Shown: one piece after another, positions 1-11,164 of the stretch | Position numbering within the stretch: the stretch's first letter is position 1 | Layout of the letters: every line of letters starts with the position of its first letter | DNA from: Nitrospirota bacterium | GTDB taxonomy: Bacteria; Nitrospirota; Nitrospiria; Nitrospirales; Nitrospiraceae | Assembly (NCBI GenBank): GCA_963703955.1 | Contig: CAVPGK010000017.1 | Location: forward strand, 256,001 to 320,000 | DNA: 64,000 nt | Reading direction: 5' to 3' | The notes under the pieces: model-generated | Databases searched by the model: none | The model's input: the letters and a program-made list of their open reading frames with translations, nothing else | Told to the model about the DNA's origin: nothing | Program-made: the position numbers and the translations under genes

Positions 1-410
1 GCAGTCCGTTCGACAGCATCCAATGGTCCGCCTTGCTAAAGTCTGCCAGCGCGTTGGAGATGTACTGCAAACACTATGGTCGTATTGCCCCCAACGAGGT
101 GGCCGAATTTCTGATTCTTAACCCAAATTTTCCCCGAGCCATCCGCTATTGCGTGATCAAAGCGGAGGAGTCCCTGCACGCGATTACCGGTTCGGAAGGC
201 GGAAGCCGCAAGAGCCTTGCGGAAAAGCGTCTTGGCAGGCTAAGGGCGGAACTTGACTATGCCGATATCACGGAGCTCATGGCAGGAGGTCTGCACGAGT
301 TTTTTGACGGCTTTCAGGCCGAGCTCAATTGCATCGGCGAGGCGATCTTCGAAACCTTTTTCGCCTTACGATCGGTCGAGGGTGTTGCGTCTCAAAGTCA
401 GGTGCAGTGA
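1..410 (+). CDS. Alpha-E domain protein, 5'-truncated by window edge
   Basis: C-terminal motifs LLKSASALEMY, VAEFLILNPNFPRAIRYC, LGRLRAELDY and GLHEF typical of alpha-E proteins. Confidence 0.85.
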   Translation, partial: SPFDSIQWSALLKSASALEMYCKHYGRIAPNEVAEFLILNPNFPRAIRYCVIKAEESLHAITGSEGGSRKSLAEKRLGRLRAELDYADITELMAGGLHEFFDGFQAELNCIGEAIFETFFALRSVEGVASQSQVQ

Positions 411-649
411 CGAGCGGCCCTCCCCTCGCGAACGGCTCAAGCGCATCCTCGGATGTCATCTCCGTTTCGGTCGTCCTTCTCCTTCCTATGCGCAATCATT
501 TCCGCTCCGGCTGACAGACTTTCTCCAGCTTGGCGCATAGTGTATTGGTCGACCGTGAAGGCTATGTCTAGAGGACGAGTTCCGATCGTGAGTCAAACCG
601 TTGTCCGCCGCGAATCCTCGCCGGCTCGACCAACATACTTGGGAACCAT

Positions 650-1696
650 ATGAGGACTTTTACGTGTGTGTGTGGGAGCGCACTCTTTTTCGAAAACAGC
701 CAGTGCCTGGCGTGTGGTAGAGACGTCGGCTGGTGTCCCAAGTGCCAGAGCATGGTTGCATTGCTCCCGGAGTCGGGAACGTTTCGTTGTGCCAATGGAG
801 TGTGCGGGACACGGTTGCTCAAGTGCGCCAACTATCTCCATGAAAACGTGTGCAACCGCTGCGTCGAGATTGGATCCGATCAACAAGTCCTATGCGATTG
901 TTGCCGCTTAACCGACACCATCCCTGACCTTTCCGTGCAGGGGAATCGCGACAAATGGTATCGCCTAGAAGCAGCAAAGCGTCGGCTTGTCTACGACTTG
1001 AACTTGCTCGGCCTGCCGTTGAACGGTTCCCCGCGTTTGGCCTTCGACTTTAAGGCGGACATCCAAGCTGCGGGGTTCTGGCGAACGATGAGTGAGCAAG
1101 AACGCGTCTACACCGGCCACGTAAACGGGAAGATTACCATCAACATCCGGGAAGCTGACAGCGCCGAGCGGGAAAAGTTGCGTATCGATTTGGGAGAGGC
1201 TCATCGCACGCTAATCGGGCACTTCCGTCACGAGATCGGACATTATTATTGGGAAGCCCTGGTTCAGAACAAGCGCGAGCCGGAGTTCCGGCAAGTGTTC
1301 GGCGATCATGACAATCCACCCTATGCCGAGGCGCTTGAACGGTATTACGCTCAGGGGCCGCCGGCCGGCTGGCAACACGGATTTGTGAGCGCGTATGCCT
1401 CGATGCATCCGTGGGAAGACTTCGCCGAGACCTTCGCGCTCTATCTCGACGTGGTCAGCGTCCTCGATACCTCTCACAATATGGGGATTGGTGGTCCCGG
1501 TGGAACCGGCGCCGACCTTGATCAGATGGTTCCCTATTACCAGCGGCTCGGCATTTTCCTGAACGAGATGAACCGCGCGATGGGTCTTGTTGACTTTGTG
1601 CCCGAGGTCTTACATGTGCCCATCATTGAGAAGATGCGATTTATCCATCGCGTCGTTGTTGAGGCCGGCATGGCACCCATGCAAACCGCAGGATGA
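650..1696 (+). CDS. Zinc-ribbon-containing putative zinc metallopeptidase
   Basis: N-terminal Cys pairs (CVCG..LFFENSQCLAC), HFRHEIGHYYW (HExxH) and YASMHPWEDFAETF. Confidence 0.85.
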   Translation: MRTFTCVCGSALFFENSQCLACGRDVGWCPKCQSMVALLPESGTFRCANGVCGTRLLKCANYLHENVCNRCVEIGSDQQVLCDCCRLTDTIPDLSVQGNRDKWYRLEAAKRRLVYDLNLLGLPLNGSPRLAFDFKADIQAAGFWRTMSEQERVYTGHVNGKITINIREADSAEREKLRIDLGEAHRTLIGHFRHEIGHYYWEALVQNKREPEFRQVFGDHDNPPYAEALERYYAQGPPAGWQHGFVSAYASMHPWEDFAETFALYLDVVSVLDTSHNMGIGGPGGTGADLDQMVPYYQRLGIFLNEMNRAMGLVDFVPEVLHVPIIEKMRFIHRVVVEAGMAPMQTAG

Positions 1697-1910
1697 GACG
1701 GGATCCGCTTGCGATTTTCTTTCGGCAATGGATCAAGACAATATTTAAGGGGCTGAGTTGCCGAGAGCTCGGGCTGCACAACTGAGCGGAGATGTTCGGA
1801 TTTACGCTCATTCTGAAGCGCTGGTCGCGTATGATGCCCTCCAGGGGCGCCATGTTTCATTCAGCCCGCCGTAGTGATTGTTTGGAATTGTCTTTCCTTG
1901 AGGGAGGATC

Positions 1911-3788
1911 ATGGCTCTTCGACAGAGGGTTCACCTCTCCGTGCTCTTCAGCCTGGTGGGTATGACCTTCGTGACGCCTGAGGTTCAGGCCACGGAAACC
2001 TGTCCCGCTCACATAGACGCCAATTTCACCTGTCTCGTCACCTATCGTGGGATCGGCGCAGTGCTTGCCTCCCTTGTAGGCCCGGGACCGATGCCGGGCA
2101 GCGAACGACTCTTTCAAAGTCATATTTATGGAAACACGCTGGACATCGTCGCCGTGGATCCTGATTCCGGTGAGTATCAGGTGTTCCCAGGTCCGGTGCC
2201 GGGGGAGAACGGCGCGTGGGCGCTCGCGTGGGGACCGGATGGTAACCTCTACATAGGCACGCTGCCGCATGCTCACCTCTTTCAATTGAATCCTCGTACG
2301 GGGGTGATGACCGACTTGGGGCGGCCGAGCGACTCCGAGGAGTACATCTGGCGTCTGACGGTTGCCGCGGACGGGAAACTCTACGGGAGCACGTACCCAT
2401 CGGCCAAACTTGTCCGATTCGACCCGGCAACGGGCCGGAGTGAAGATCTAGGGAGCATGGATCCTGATGAACAGTATGCACTCTCAATCGCGGCCAGCGA
2501 TGACGGATATGTGTACGTGGGTATCGGGTATGGCAAGACACACCTGATCGCTTACGAAATCGCATCGGGCCATCATCGCGACATTCTTCCCGTGCAGGAC
2601 GAGGGAACCGGAGTCGTCGGTGTCCACCGGTATTCGGACGAGCGGATCTACGCCGGTGTCGGCGGCAAATACTTCCGCGTGCATGGGTGGGAACTTCACA
2701 CCGTGGACCCAGCGCTGGTGCCCAGTTTACCCGAGACCAACCGATTGCGCGACGGTCGGCTCGTCGTCAAGGCTGAGGAGGGGACTGTGCGGGTACGTGA
2801 TCCGAACACGAAGATCACCACGAAGCACCCATTCCTCTATGCCGGGAAGGAACTCGGCATATTTCGCCTCGGCATGGGGCCGGACGGGATGCTCTATGGC
2901 AGCGGATACATGCCGGCTCATCTCTTTCGTGCCGATCCCGCCACCGGCTCCCTCGAGGACCTGGGTATCGTGGGTGACGGCGAGATCTACAACTTCCTTC
3001 CTCAGAAAAACAGTCTTTTGGGCGCGGCCTACGTCGGGATGTCCCCGCTCATGATCTACCATCCGAGCAGACCGTTCGCACCGGGGATAGATGAGCAGGC
3101 TAACCCCCTCATGGTGCAGGTTCCTGAAGGATTCATCTCCTGGCGTCCCATGGCGATGATCAACGGGCCTGACGGCATGGTGTATCTCGGAGCTCAGGCT
3201 GAGTACGGCAAGCTAGGGGGTCCTTTGGTCACGTGGGATCCCACAACGAATCAGGTGGAGAGTTACGATCATCTTGTCACCGATCAGAGTGTGACCTCGC
3301 TCACGACCGCGCATGGCCAGATTATTGGCGGAACCACCATTCATGGCGGAGGCGGAAGTCATGAGACCCAGACGCAGGCCACACTGTTCATCTGGGACCC
3401 TACGATCCGGCGCAGGGTGTTTGACACTCCTGTAAGCGCCTCCAGCATCACTGACTTGATTGCCGCCACTGAGGATCGAATTTACGGGTTCGCGGACGGC
3501 ACGCTCTTCGTATTTGAACGATCCAGGCGGGAGCTCATGATGACGACGGCTTCGATCCCGGGTCTCATCTACAACAGCGTAACCCTTGGGCAGGATGGAT
3601 GGGTATGGGGATTGAGCGCCGACGGTATCTTCGCCATCGATCCGGTAAGTGGCTTCGCAACCCCGATTGCGAGAGCCCCGGAGCCGATCACCGCCGGATT
3701 CGCCGTGCAATGGCCGTATCTCTACTATGCATCGGGCCCACGAATCTATCGCTACACGTTTCCCTCTGCCGTGGGACAAAGGCAGTGA
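1911..3788 (+). CDS. Secreted beta-propeller repeat protein
   Basis: Signal peptide ending VQA, repeated GPDGxLYxG blades, SD GAGGGAGG upstream. Confidence 0.75.
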   Translation: MALRQRVHLSVLFSLVGMTFVTPEVQATETCPAHIDANFTCLVTYRGIGAVLASLVGPGPMPGSERLFQSHIYGNTLDIVAVDPDSGEYQVFPGPVPGENGAWALAWGPDGNLYIGTLPHAHLFQLNPRTGVMTDLGRPSDSEEYIWRLTVAADGKLYGSTYPSAKLVRFDPATGRSEDLGSMDPDEQYALSIAASDDGYVYVGIGYGKTHLIAYEIASGHHRDILPVQDEGTGVVGVHRYSDERIYAGVGGKYFRVHGWELHTVDPALVPSLPETNRLRDGRLVVKAEEGTVRVRDPNTKITTKHPFLYAGKELGIFRLGMGPDGMLYGSGYMPAHLFRADPATGSLEDLGIVGDGEIYNFLPQKNSLLGAAYVGMSPLMIYHPSRPFAPGIDEQANPLMVQVPEGFISWRPMAMINGPDGMVYLGAQAEYGKLGGPLVTWDPTTNQVESYDHLVTDQSVTSLTTAHGQIIGGTTIHGGGGSHETQTQATLFIWDPTIRRRVFDTPVSASSITDLIAATEDRIYGFADGTLFVFERSRRELMMTTASIPGLIYNSVTLGQDGWVWGLSADGIFAIDPVSGFATPIARAPEPITAGFAVQWPYLYYASGPRIYRYTFPSAVGQRQ

Positions 3789-3824
3789 CGGCGACTCAGC
3801 TCTGTGTAGTTCAACAGTCAGTGA

Positions 3825-6800
3825 TCAAGAGGCAGGCTTGCGGCGCAGATCGAGCGTGAACGGGAAATCGCGGTTGCGTCCTTCCTGCTGGACTGTCATG
3901 GGCCCCGGGGTATGGCCATGCTTCCAGAATCGCGCGAGGCGTCTGGCCTCGGCTTCGTTCGCGTTGACTGGAAATGACTTGTAATTTCGCCCGCCCGGAT
4001 GAACCACATGATAGGTGCAGCCGCCGATGGCGCGCTGGCTCCAGGTATCAACGAGATCGAACACCAGCGGCGCATGCACGGGGATGGTGGGATGCAAAGC
4101 CGAAGGAGGCTGCCATGCGCGGAAACGCACCCCTGCCACGAACTCACCGGATAGGCCAGTAGGGTGAAGGGGGACCGAGCGGCCGTTGCATATCACAGTG
4201 TGGCGTGTGTCTGTCATGCCGTTGACCTTGACCTGCACGCGTTCGACTGAGGAATCGACGTAGCGGGCCGTAGCCGCCGCCAATTCTTCTCCCAGCACAT
4301 GCCATGGTTCAATAGCTTGGCGCAGTTCCAGTTCGATGCCGTCGTAGACGACGCTGCCGTATCGGGGAAAGCGAAATTCGAGAAACGGCGCGAACCACTC
4401 CGCGTGGAACGGATACCCCGCCGTTCGCAAATCCTGCACGACGCCCCGCAGGTCTTGCGAAACGAAATGGGGCAGCATGAACCGGTCGTGCAACTCGGTT
4501 CCCCAGGATACCACCTGGCCCTGGTACGGCGTCTTCCAGAACCGGGCCACCAGGGCGCGCACCAGCAACATTTGCGCGAGGCTCATCTGCGGATGGGGCG
4601 GCATTTCAAACGCCCGGAATTCCACCAGACCCAAACGTCCCGTAGCAGAGCCCGGCGAATAGAGCTTGTCGATCGAGAATTCAGCGCGATGGGTGTTACC
4701 GGTCACGTCTACCAGCAAGTGGCGCAGCAAACGATCCACGAGCCACGGCGTGACTGTCTCCTGGCCGACTGGCTGCTTAGAGGCCATCTCCTGAAATGCG
4801 ATTTCCAGTTCGTAGAGGCTGTCATGCCGTGCCTCGTCCACCCGTGGCGCCTGGCTGGTCGGCCCCACGAACATGCCGGAAAACAGATAGGATAGCGCCG
4901 GATGATTCAGCCAATAGGTGACGAGGCTCTTGATCAGATCCGGACGGCGCAGCATCGGACTGTCTGCCGGGGTGGATCCCCCGAGGGTGATGTGATTGCC
5001 TCCACCGGTACCCGTGTGGCGGCCATCCAGCATGAACTTTTCCGTGCCGAGCCGCGACAGCCTCGCTTCTTCATAGAGGATGTGGGTATTTGCGGCGAGT
5101 TCTTCCCAGTCCTTTGCGGGATGGATGTTGACTTCGATCACGCCCGGGTCAGGGGTCACCTGAAGCGCTCGTACCCTGGGGTCGCGTGGAGGCGGATAGC
5201 CCTCGACCCACACCGGCGTCTCCAGTTCGGCGGCAGTCGCTTCCACCGCGCCGATCAGATCGAGATAATCCTCAAGATAGGTTTGGGGCGGCATGAAGAT
5301 GTGCAGCCGCCCCTGGCGGACTTCCACGCAAAGCGCGGTGCGGATCACGTCTTTGGCTGATTCAACGCCAGCGAACTCCTTGGTGATGGTTCCGTGCCGT
5401 GGGTTCCTTCGAGCACGTTTACGAAAGTCTGCCTCGGGTAGAGGATCGCGGGTTTCAAAAGGGTCCCGTTCGTGCTCGATCTCGGTGTCTTCAGGGGAGA
5501 TCTTCGGGAGCGACGCGAGCGGCAAGCGTGATCCGATGGGTGAATCGCCGGGCAACAGATAGAGGCGATCACGCTTCAGCGGCCAGGGACCTGAGAGCCA
5601 CGTCGCTGTGCGTGAAGTAGACGCGCTCTGGCCCGGTGATGCCGCCTTCAAGGGCAGCACATAGCCCGCGACTTTTCCCAACCCTCTATCGAGCAAGCGA
5701 GCCAGTGTCGTGCGCTGCTCCGGATCTTTTAGATCTTTTTGAAGCGGGTCCACATTGACCGGAAGACGTTGTTCCTCCGCCAGGTAATGCCACGCGTCTT
5801 CATAGGCGGGGATGGCAAAGTCGGGACTCACATTCAGGCGCTCGGCCAACCGGGTCACGAATGTCTGCGCATGGCCAACTGTGTACCCATACGCCACCGC
5901 CTCGTCCGCAATCAAGGCGGTGTTATGCCAAATCGGCTGTCCATCCAAGCGCCAGTAGCACCCCAGCGCCCAACGCGGCAAGGGCTCGCCGGGATACCAC
6001 TTGCCTTGCTCCGTAATGTAGCAGCGCGCCGGGAGCAAATCGGTTCTTCAGACGCGTGAGCAGGTTGCCTGCGAGCTTGCGCTTGGTGGGGCCGAAAGCG
6101 GCAGTCTTCCACTCGTCGCCGTCCATGTCGTCGATTGATACGAAGGTCGGCTCTCCGCCCATGGTCAGACGGACATCGCCGGTTTGCAAATCGGTGTCCA
6201 CTTGATGGCCCAGTGCCTCGATGGCCTGCCATTGTGTCTTCGGTGTAGGGCTTGGTGACCCGCGGATCTTCGTGAATCCGCGTGACCGACATGGCGACGT
6301 CCATCTCGGATTCACAGGGGTCGGTGAAACCAGAGACCGGGGCGGCGCTGGTGGGAGAAGCCGCGCACGCCAGCGGGATGTGCCCTTCGCCGGCCAGGAG
6401 GCCTGAGGTCGGGTCCAGCCCGATCCAGCCGGCTCCTGGGAATATACGACTTCGGCCCAGGCGTGCAGGTCGGTAAGGTCCTGCTTCGGGCCGGTTGGAC
6501 CGTCGAGCGGCTTGACGTCGGGGACAAGTTGAATCAAATACCCGGAAACAAATCGCGCGGCGAGTCCAAGATTTCGCAGTATCTGCACCAGCAACCAGCC
6601 GCTGTCGCGACACGAGCCGCGGCGTAAGGTCAGCGTTTGTTCACAGGTCTGAATGCCCGCTTCGAGCCGAACGATGTAATCGACGGTCTGGTGCACCCGC
6701 TTGTTGAGAGCGACAAGCAGGTCTGTGATGGGGTACTCTGTCCAGCTATGGTGACTAGCCTTAAACTGGGCGAGCCAGCCGTAAGAAAGGTCCCCCGGCG

Positions 6801-7164
6801 GCTCGGGTTCCAGAAAAGGACCGAGTTCGTTGGCCAGCTGTGCGGGATAAGAAAAGGGGAATGTCTCGGCATAGGTCTCGACGAAAAAATCGAAGGGATT
6901 GATGATCGTCATGTCGGCAACCAGGTCGACGAGCACCGCCAGATCGGTGGCCTTTTCAGGGAACACGAGGCGCGCCACGTAGTTGCCGTAAGGATCCTGT
7001 TGCCAGTTGATGAAGTGCTTGGCGGGGCGGACTTTCAACGAATAGCCGAGAATCGGAGTCCGGCAATGGGGGGCGGGGCGCAGTCTGACCTCATGAGGAG
7101 AGAGACCCACCGGTTGGTCAAATCGGTAGTGAGTGTTATGATTCAATGCGACCCGAATGCTCAT
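3825..7164 (-). CDS. Transglutaminase fused to DUF2126 putative amidoligase, frameshifted near 6440, 6235 and 6010
   Basis: RGSCRD, GLAARFVSGYL, DLHAWAEV, GWIGLDPT, RLTMGGEPTFVS and HTGTGGGNH are spread over three consecutive ORFs. Confidence 0.85.
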
Positions 7165-7167
7165 GGC

Positions 7168-7896
7168 TCACACGTCCCAGGGGGGATCCGGCAATTCACT
7201 GAACAGGCGCTTCAACCCGTCCTGCCACTGTTGGCGCATCATATCAAAATAGGGGTCTTGGTGCCCGAGGCGCCGCTGCGACCCGACTTTAAGACTGTCC
7301 TGTTCATAACACAGTAGATCGATCGGTAAGCCGACGGAGATATTGCTGCGCATGGTCGAATCGAACGAGACCAAGACGCATTTCGCCGCCTCGGTCAGAT
7401 GGGTCGAATAGGTGATCACACGATCGAGGATGGGCTTCCCGTATTTGAGTTCTCCGTTCTGGAAATATGGGGTATCCTGCGTCGCTTCGATAAAGTTTCC
7501 TTCCGTGTAGATGTTGAACAACCGGTGTCTCTCTCCTCTGATTTGGCCGCCGAGAATAAAGGCAGCGTTGGCATCAATGTTGTGCTCTAGGAGATAAGGC
7601 CCGTCGCGTTTGTGCACTTCGCGCAACGTCTCTCCAACCAGCCAGGCCGCCTGGTAGAGGGATCCCGCGTTCCACAGGTTTTCCTGATTCTCGTTCTTCC
7701 GTTGCTCGAGCAGACCCACCACCGCCTGCGTCACGGCCAGATTGCCGGAACTCAACATGACCAGCACCCGGTCGCCGGGGCGTTCGTAAACCGTCATCTT
7801 GCGGAAAGTTCCGACTTGATCGACTCCCGCATTAGTCCGTGAATCCGATGCCAGCACCAACCCAGACTCCAGCATGACCCCGACACAGTAGGTCAT
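7168..7896 (-). CDS. Anbu proteasome-type Ntn protease
   Basis: N-terminus MTYCVG...LASDSRTNAGVD (Thr1 nucleophile), GELKYGKPILDRV and SNISVGLPID. Confidence 0.9.
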   Translation of the reverse strand: MTYCVGVMLESGLVLASDSRTNAGVDQVGTFRKMTVYERPGDRVLVMLSSGNLAVTQAVVGLLEQRKNENQENLWNAGSLYQAAWLVGETLREVHKRDGPYLLEHNIDANAAFILGGQIRGERHRLFNIYTEGNFIEATQDTPYFQNGELKYGKPILDRVITYSTHLTEAAKCVLVSFDSTMRSNISVGLPIDLLCYEQDSLKVGSQRRLGHQDPYFDMMRQQWQDGLKRLFSELPDPPWDV

Positions 7897-8534
7897 CGAT
7901 CAACCTCTCAGACGCGATGATAGTCAAATCGCCACAAGAGCGCGGTTCGTTAGATTATCATGACGCACCTTTGCGGCGCACCGTGTGACCTCGATCGCTG
8001 TGACGGCTATGGGATTCACCGAGCAGGCGGCTTCATGAAAATAGGCTGCGCCGGGAGCAGTGGTCCCGCCGGATCAGGATGCGGAAGGCTCCGGCCCGGA
8101 TCCCGGCAGGGTATTCTTCGATCTCGCTTCGCCGCTCGCGTCATCGTCCAATCTGAAGCCTTGGAAGAGCGGCAGATGAAACCGAGGGTAGACCACGACC
8201 ATCCATCCCGTCAAGCCGACCTCGACCGATGGCGTGTCAGTGAAGTGTCCTGTCCGATCTGATCAGGGTTGCCGCGCTCGACGTCTTCTCTGGCTCATCT
8301 ACACCGCCAAGTGGTGCGGTTCAGCCACGGTCTGGGGCATGCCCGTTGGCTGTCCAATCCGTCTTTCTGAGAATTCCACGAAATTTCAACAGTGGCGCAT
8401 TGCCGCTTTCGAGGCCTGTTGCTTGCAGGTGATTGAAGAAGTTGGATACGATTCAACCGAAGGGTCTCTCTTGACCGTGCGGGTGCGAGGACACGCATGG
8501 TGTTGATCACCATGCCGGAACGGGAGGTGACATC

Positions 8535-9128
8535 ATGATCGGAAAGATGTCGGTGTGGGGAGCAATGGTGACCATGATCGTCGCGATGGTCGCCCACGGG
8601 GGGATTTCGTCGGGGGCTACCGAGTCCGGCGCTCAAATCGGAATTCCGCCGGAGACCGTGGCCGACTACCTGCATGCGGTGATCGAAGCCGACCGCACCT
8701 TTTACACGATCCATGTTGTGGAGAGGATGCAGGCGAATGGCATTGTGGTGGCCTCGGAAAATTGGCTCCCCGCAAAGACGCTGCCCCTTCCGGCCCAGTT
8801 CTTGATGGAGTCAGCCCGATTGGCGTCGATAACTGGGGCCAAGATCGCATACCGGCTCATCAGCCTGTGGCCTATCAACAAACAGAATGGGGCTTTGACT
8901 GAGTTCGAGCGAACAGGGCTGGAGGAGGTTCAAATGCACCCCGATCGTCGACATACCGGGATCATCACCCAAGAAGGGACTCGATACTTTCAGGCGATCT
9001 ATGCCGACAGGGCTGTCTCGCAGGCCTGCATCGGCTGCCACAATGCGCACCCGAACAGCCCGAAGCGCGACTTCAAGATGCATGATGTGATGGGAGCCAT
9101 CGTGATCACGATCCCGGAGGGTCAATAA
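8535..9128 (+). CDS. DUF3365/Tll0287-like single-haem c-type protein, copy 1
   Basis: N-terminal hydrophobic segment, YRLISLWPIN, CIGCH haem motif, SD GGAGGT. Confidence 0.85.
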   Translation: MIGKMSVWGAMVTMIVAMVAHGGISSGATESGAQIGIPPETVADYLHAVIEADRTFYTIHVVERMQANGIVVASENWLPAKTLPLPAQFLMESARLASITGAKIAYRLISLWPINKQNGALTEFERTGLEEVQMHPDRRHTGIITQEGTRYFQAIYADRAVSQACIGCHNAHPNSPKRDFKMHDVMGAIVITIPEGQ

Positions 9129-9415
9129 TCGGATCACGGTGATGGTGACCGGCGAGCCCTGCCACCTTAGCAGGCCATTTCCTAAGTCATCCGGTCTCCT
9201 GCTGAGCTTTTGGCTTTACACAGGCGTCAAGGCGGATTATCGTATTGATGGATCATCCGCTGTCCGACGCGTCACATTCCTGTTCAGCAAGACCTCCGGT
9301 ACATGGTTGAGACCGGTTGACTGAGAGAGGAGGGTTCGTTTCTGGCCGGCTCACGGGGTCATGAGTGCACCGGATTCATAGCGCTAATCACCATTTCAGC
9401 GATAGGAGGTGGATA

Positions 9416-10018
9416 ATGAATCCCAAAGGTATTCTGTGGGCAGTGGTCGCTATCATCATTGTAGTGATGGGTTCTTGGGCGATTTCGTCGGGAGCAAAAG
9501 ATCCTGCTCCTCAGGCTGCCGCTCAGGCTGGAATTCCTGCGGAGAAGGTTGCCGACTACCTGCATGCCATAATCCAGTCTGACCGCGCCTTCTATACGAT
9601 CCATGTCGTAGAGCGATTACAGGCAAAGGGCGTTGTGGTCGCCTCGGAAAATTGGCAGACCGCAAACACGCTTCCTCTCCCGGCCCAATTCTTGATTGAG
9701 TCAGCCCGGTTGACCGCGAATACAGCAACCAAGGTTTCATACCGGCTTATCAGCTTGTGGCCCATCAACAAACAGAATGGGCCCAAGACCGAGTTCGAGC
9801 AAGCGGGACTTTGGGAGACCAAGCAGAATCCGGACCGTCCGTATACCGGGATGGTCCTGAACGGCCGGGATCTATACTTTCAAGCCATTTACGCTGACAA
9901 GGCTGTCTCTCAGGCCTGCATCGGGTGCCACAATGCACACCAAGACAGCCCGAGGCGGGACCTCAAGATGAATGATGTGATGGGCGGGATTATGATCAGC
10001 ATTCCGCTCGATCAGTAG
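9416..10018 (+). CDS. DUF3365/Tll0287-like single-haem c-type protein, copy 2
   Basis: Paralogue of 8535..9128 with CIGCH, and SD AGGAGGT before ATG at 9416. Confidence 0.85.
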   Translation: MNPKGILWAVVAIIIVVMGSWAISSGAKDPAPQAAAQAGIPAEKVADYLHAIIQSDRAFYTIHVVERLQAKGVVVASENWQTANTLPLPAQFLIESARLTANTATKVSYRLISLWPINKQNGPKTEFEQAGLWETKQNPDRPYTGMVLNGRDLYFQAIYADKAVSQACIGCHNAHQDSPRRDLKMNDVMGGIMISIPLDQ

Positions 10019-10138
10019 TTGTTCAAGTCATCCGGAACGAGGACCTGGTAACCATGGGATGCGGTGGCTTCCTGAGATGGGTCTTGCCCACGTTCCCGAA
10101 GACGTACGGCTCGTCGTTGCCCTTCGTGGCACTGTTGA

Positions 10139-11164
10139 TCAGTGAAGATCGAGCTGGTGGGTCAGAAACTCTGCGATGGTCTTTTGGCCAACCGGATTGA
10201 GATGTTCGTCAGTCGAGAAGTACACCGGCGTCTTTCGATTGATTTCCTTAAGGATCGGAAGCGGGTTCAACGCATGCACGTGGGGCCACGTGTCGAATGT
10301 GTTCTGAATGCCCGTCAAGAATGGATACTCCGGGGCACCTATCCGGTCGGGTTCAGTGAACGTGGCTCCCAGTTGCCGCATATATGAGATGTACCGCTCA
10401 TCGACTTGCGACACATGGGGAATCACTAGGAGAAAGGCTTGACACAGCTCAGGCTTGCAGTAAGCCAGTAATCGCTTTAGGGTGTTGAGGAACGTCACGT
10501 AATCGGTCCGCCGGGGCACGTTGAGGAGAATCGAATCCTCTATTAACGAAGGATCTGCCTTCACGTACACCTTTACCCGTCCTTCATAATTCTCCACGGA
10601 AAATGAATCAGTCGTCGGGGCAGGAGAATCTGTCCGGGACTCCGAGCCCGGCCTCTGCCGCGTTTCGCCATGTAAGGATTGCACGATCTGGCCGAGTCGA
10701 TAGTTGACATAGCCGATCGATCGGAGCTGATTGGCGATCAACCAATACAGATTTCGCGGGAACGACAGCTCGTTCCAGTTCACCGGATAGCTGATATCGA
10801 ACAGATCGTTCCCCACGTAAATCTGATAGATGAAGATTGACGGGTGAAAAGTGTGAAATCGTTGTCGAGCGATCAATTCTGCCTGGATGACCCCCGTTCC
10901 ACTGACTCCTCCGTTAATGATTCGCACTCTCGGGAACGCCTGCTGGAGGATGCCCACATAGTTCCCGGGGCCTGCCGTGAACGAGTCCCCCATGACGAGA
11001 ATCGTTTTCCGACCGTCCTCGGAAAAGTATTCCGGCGGATTGAGTGCCCGGAGCTCTGGCGAATAGGTATCTATAACTTGCCACCGATAGAGTCCTTCAA
11101 GCACAAGGACCGGCACCAGGAGTGTGAGCAACAGGTATCGTGAGAAGGTCAGGAAATGCTTCAT
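10139..11164 (-). CDS. Membrane-anchored SGNH/GDSL hydrolase family protein
   Basis: MGDSFT, NGGVSG, YVGND and DEHLN blocks with an N-terminal TM segment. Confidence 0.8.
   Translation of the reverse strand: MKHFLTFSRYLLLTLLVPVLVLEGLYRWQVIDTYSPELRALNPPEYFSEDGRKTILVMGDSFTAGPGNYVGILQQAFPRVRIINGGVSGTGVIQAELIARQRFHTFHPSIFIYQIYVGNDLFDISYPVNWNELSFPRNLYWLIANQLRSIGYVNYRLGQIVQSLHGETRQRPGSESRTDSPAPTTDSFSVENYEGRVKVYVKADPSLIEDSILLNVPRRTDYVTFLNTLKRLLAYCKPELCQAFLLVIPHVSQVDERYISYMRQLGATFTEPDRIGAPEYPFLTGIQNTFDTWPHVHALNPLPILKEINRKTPVYFSTDEHLNPVGQKTIAEFLTHQLDLH

Noticed and set aside
7960..8506. Short ORFs between Anbu and the first haem gene
   Set aside because: No SD or recognisable motifs, so probably a divergent regulatory region
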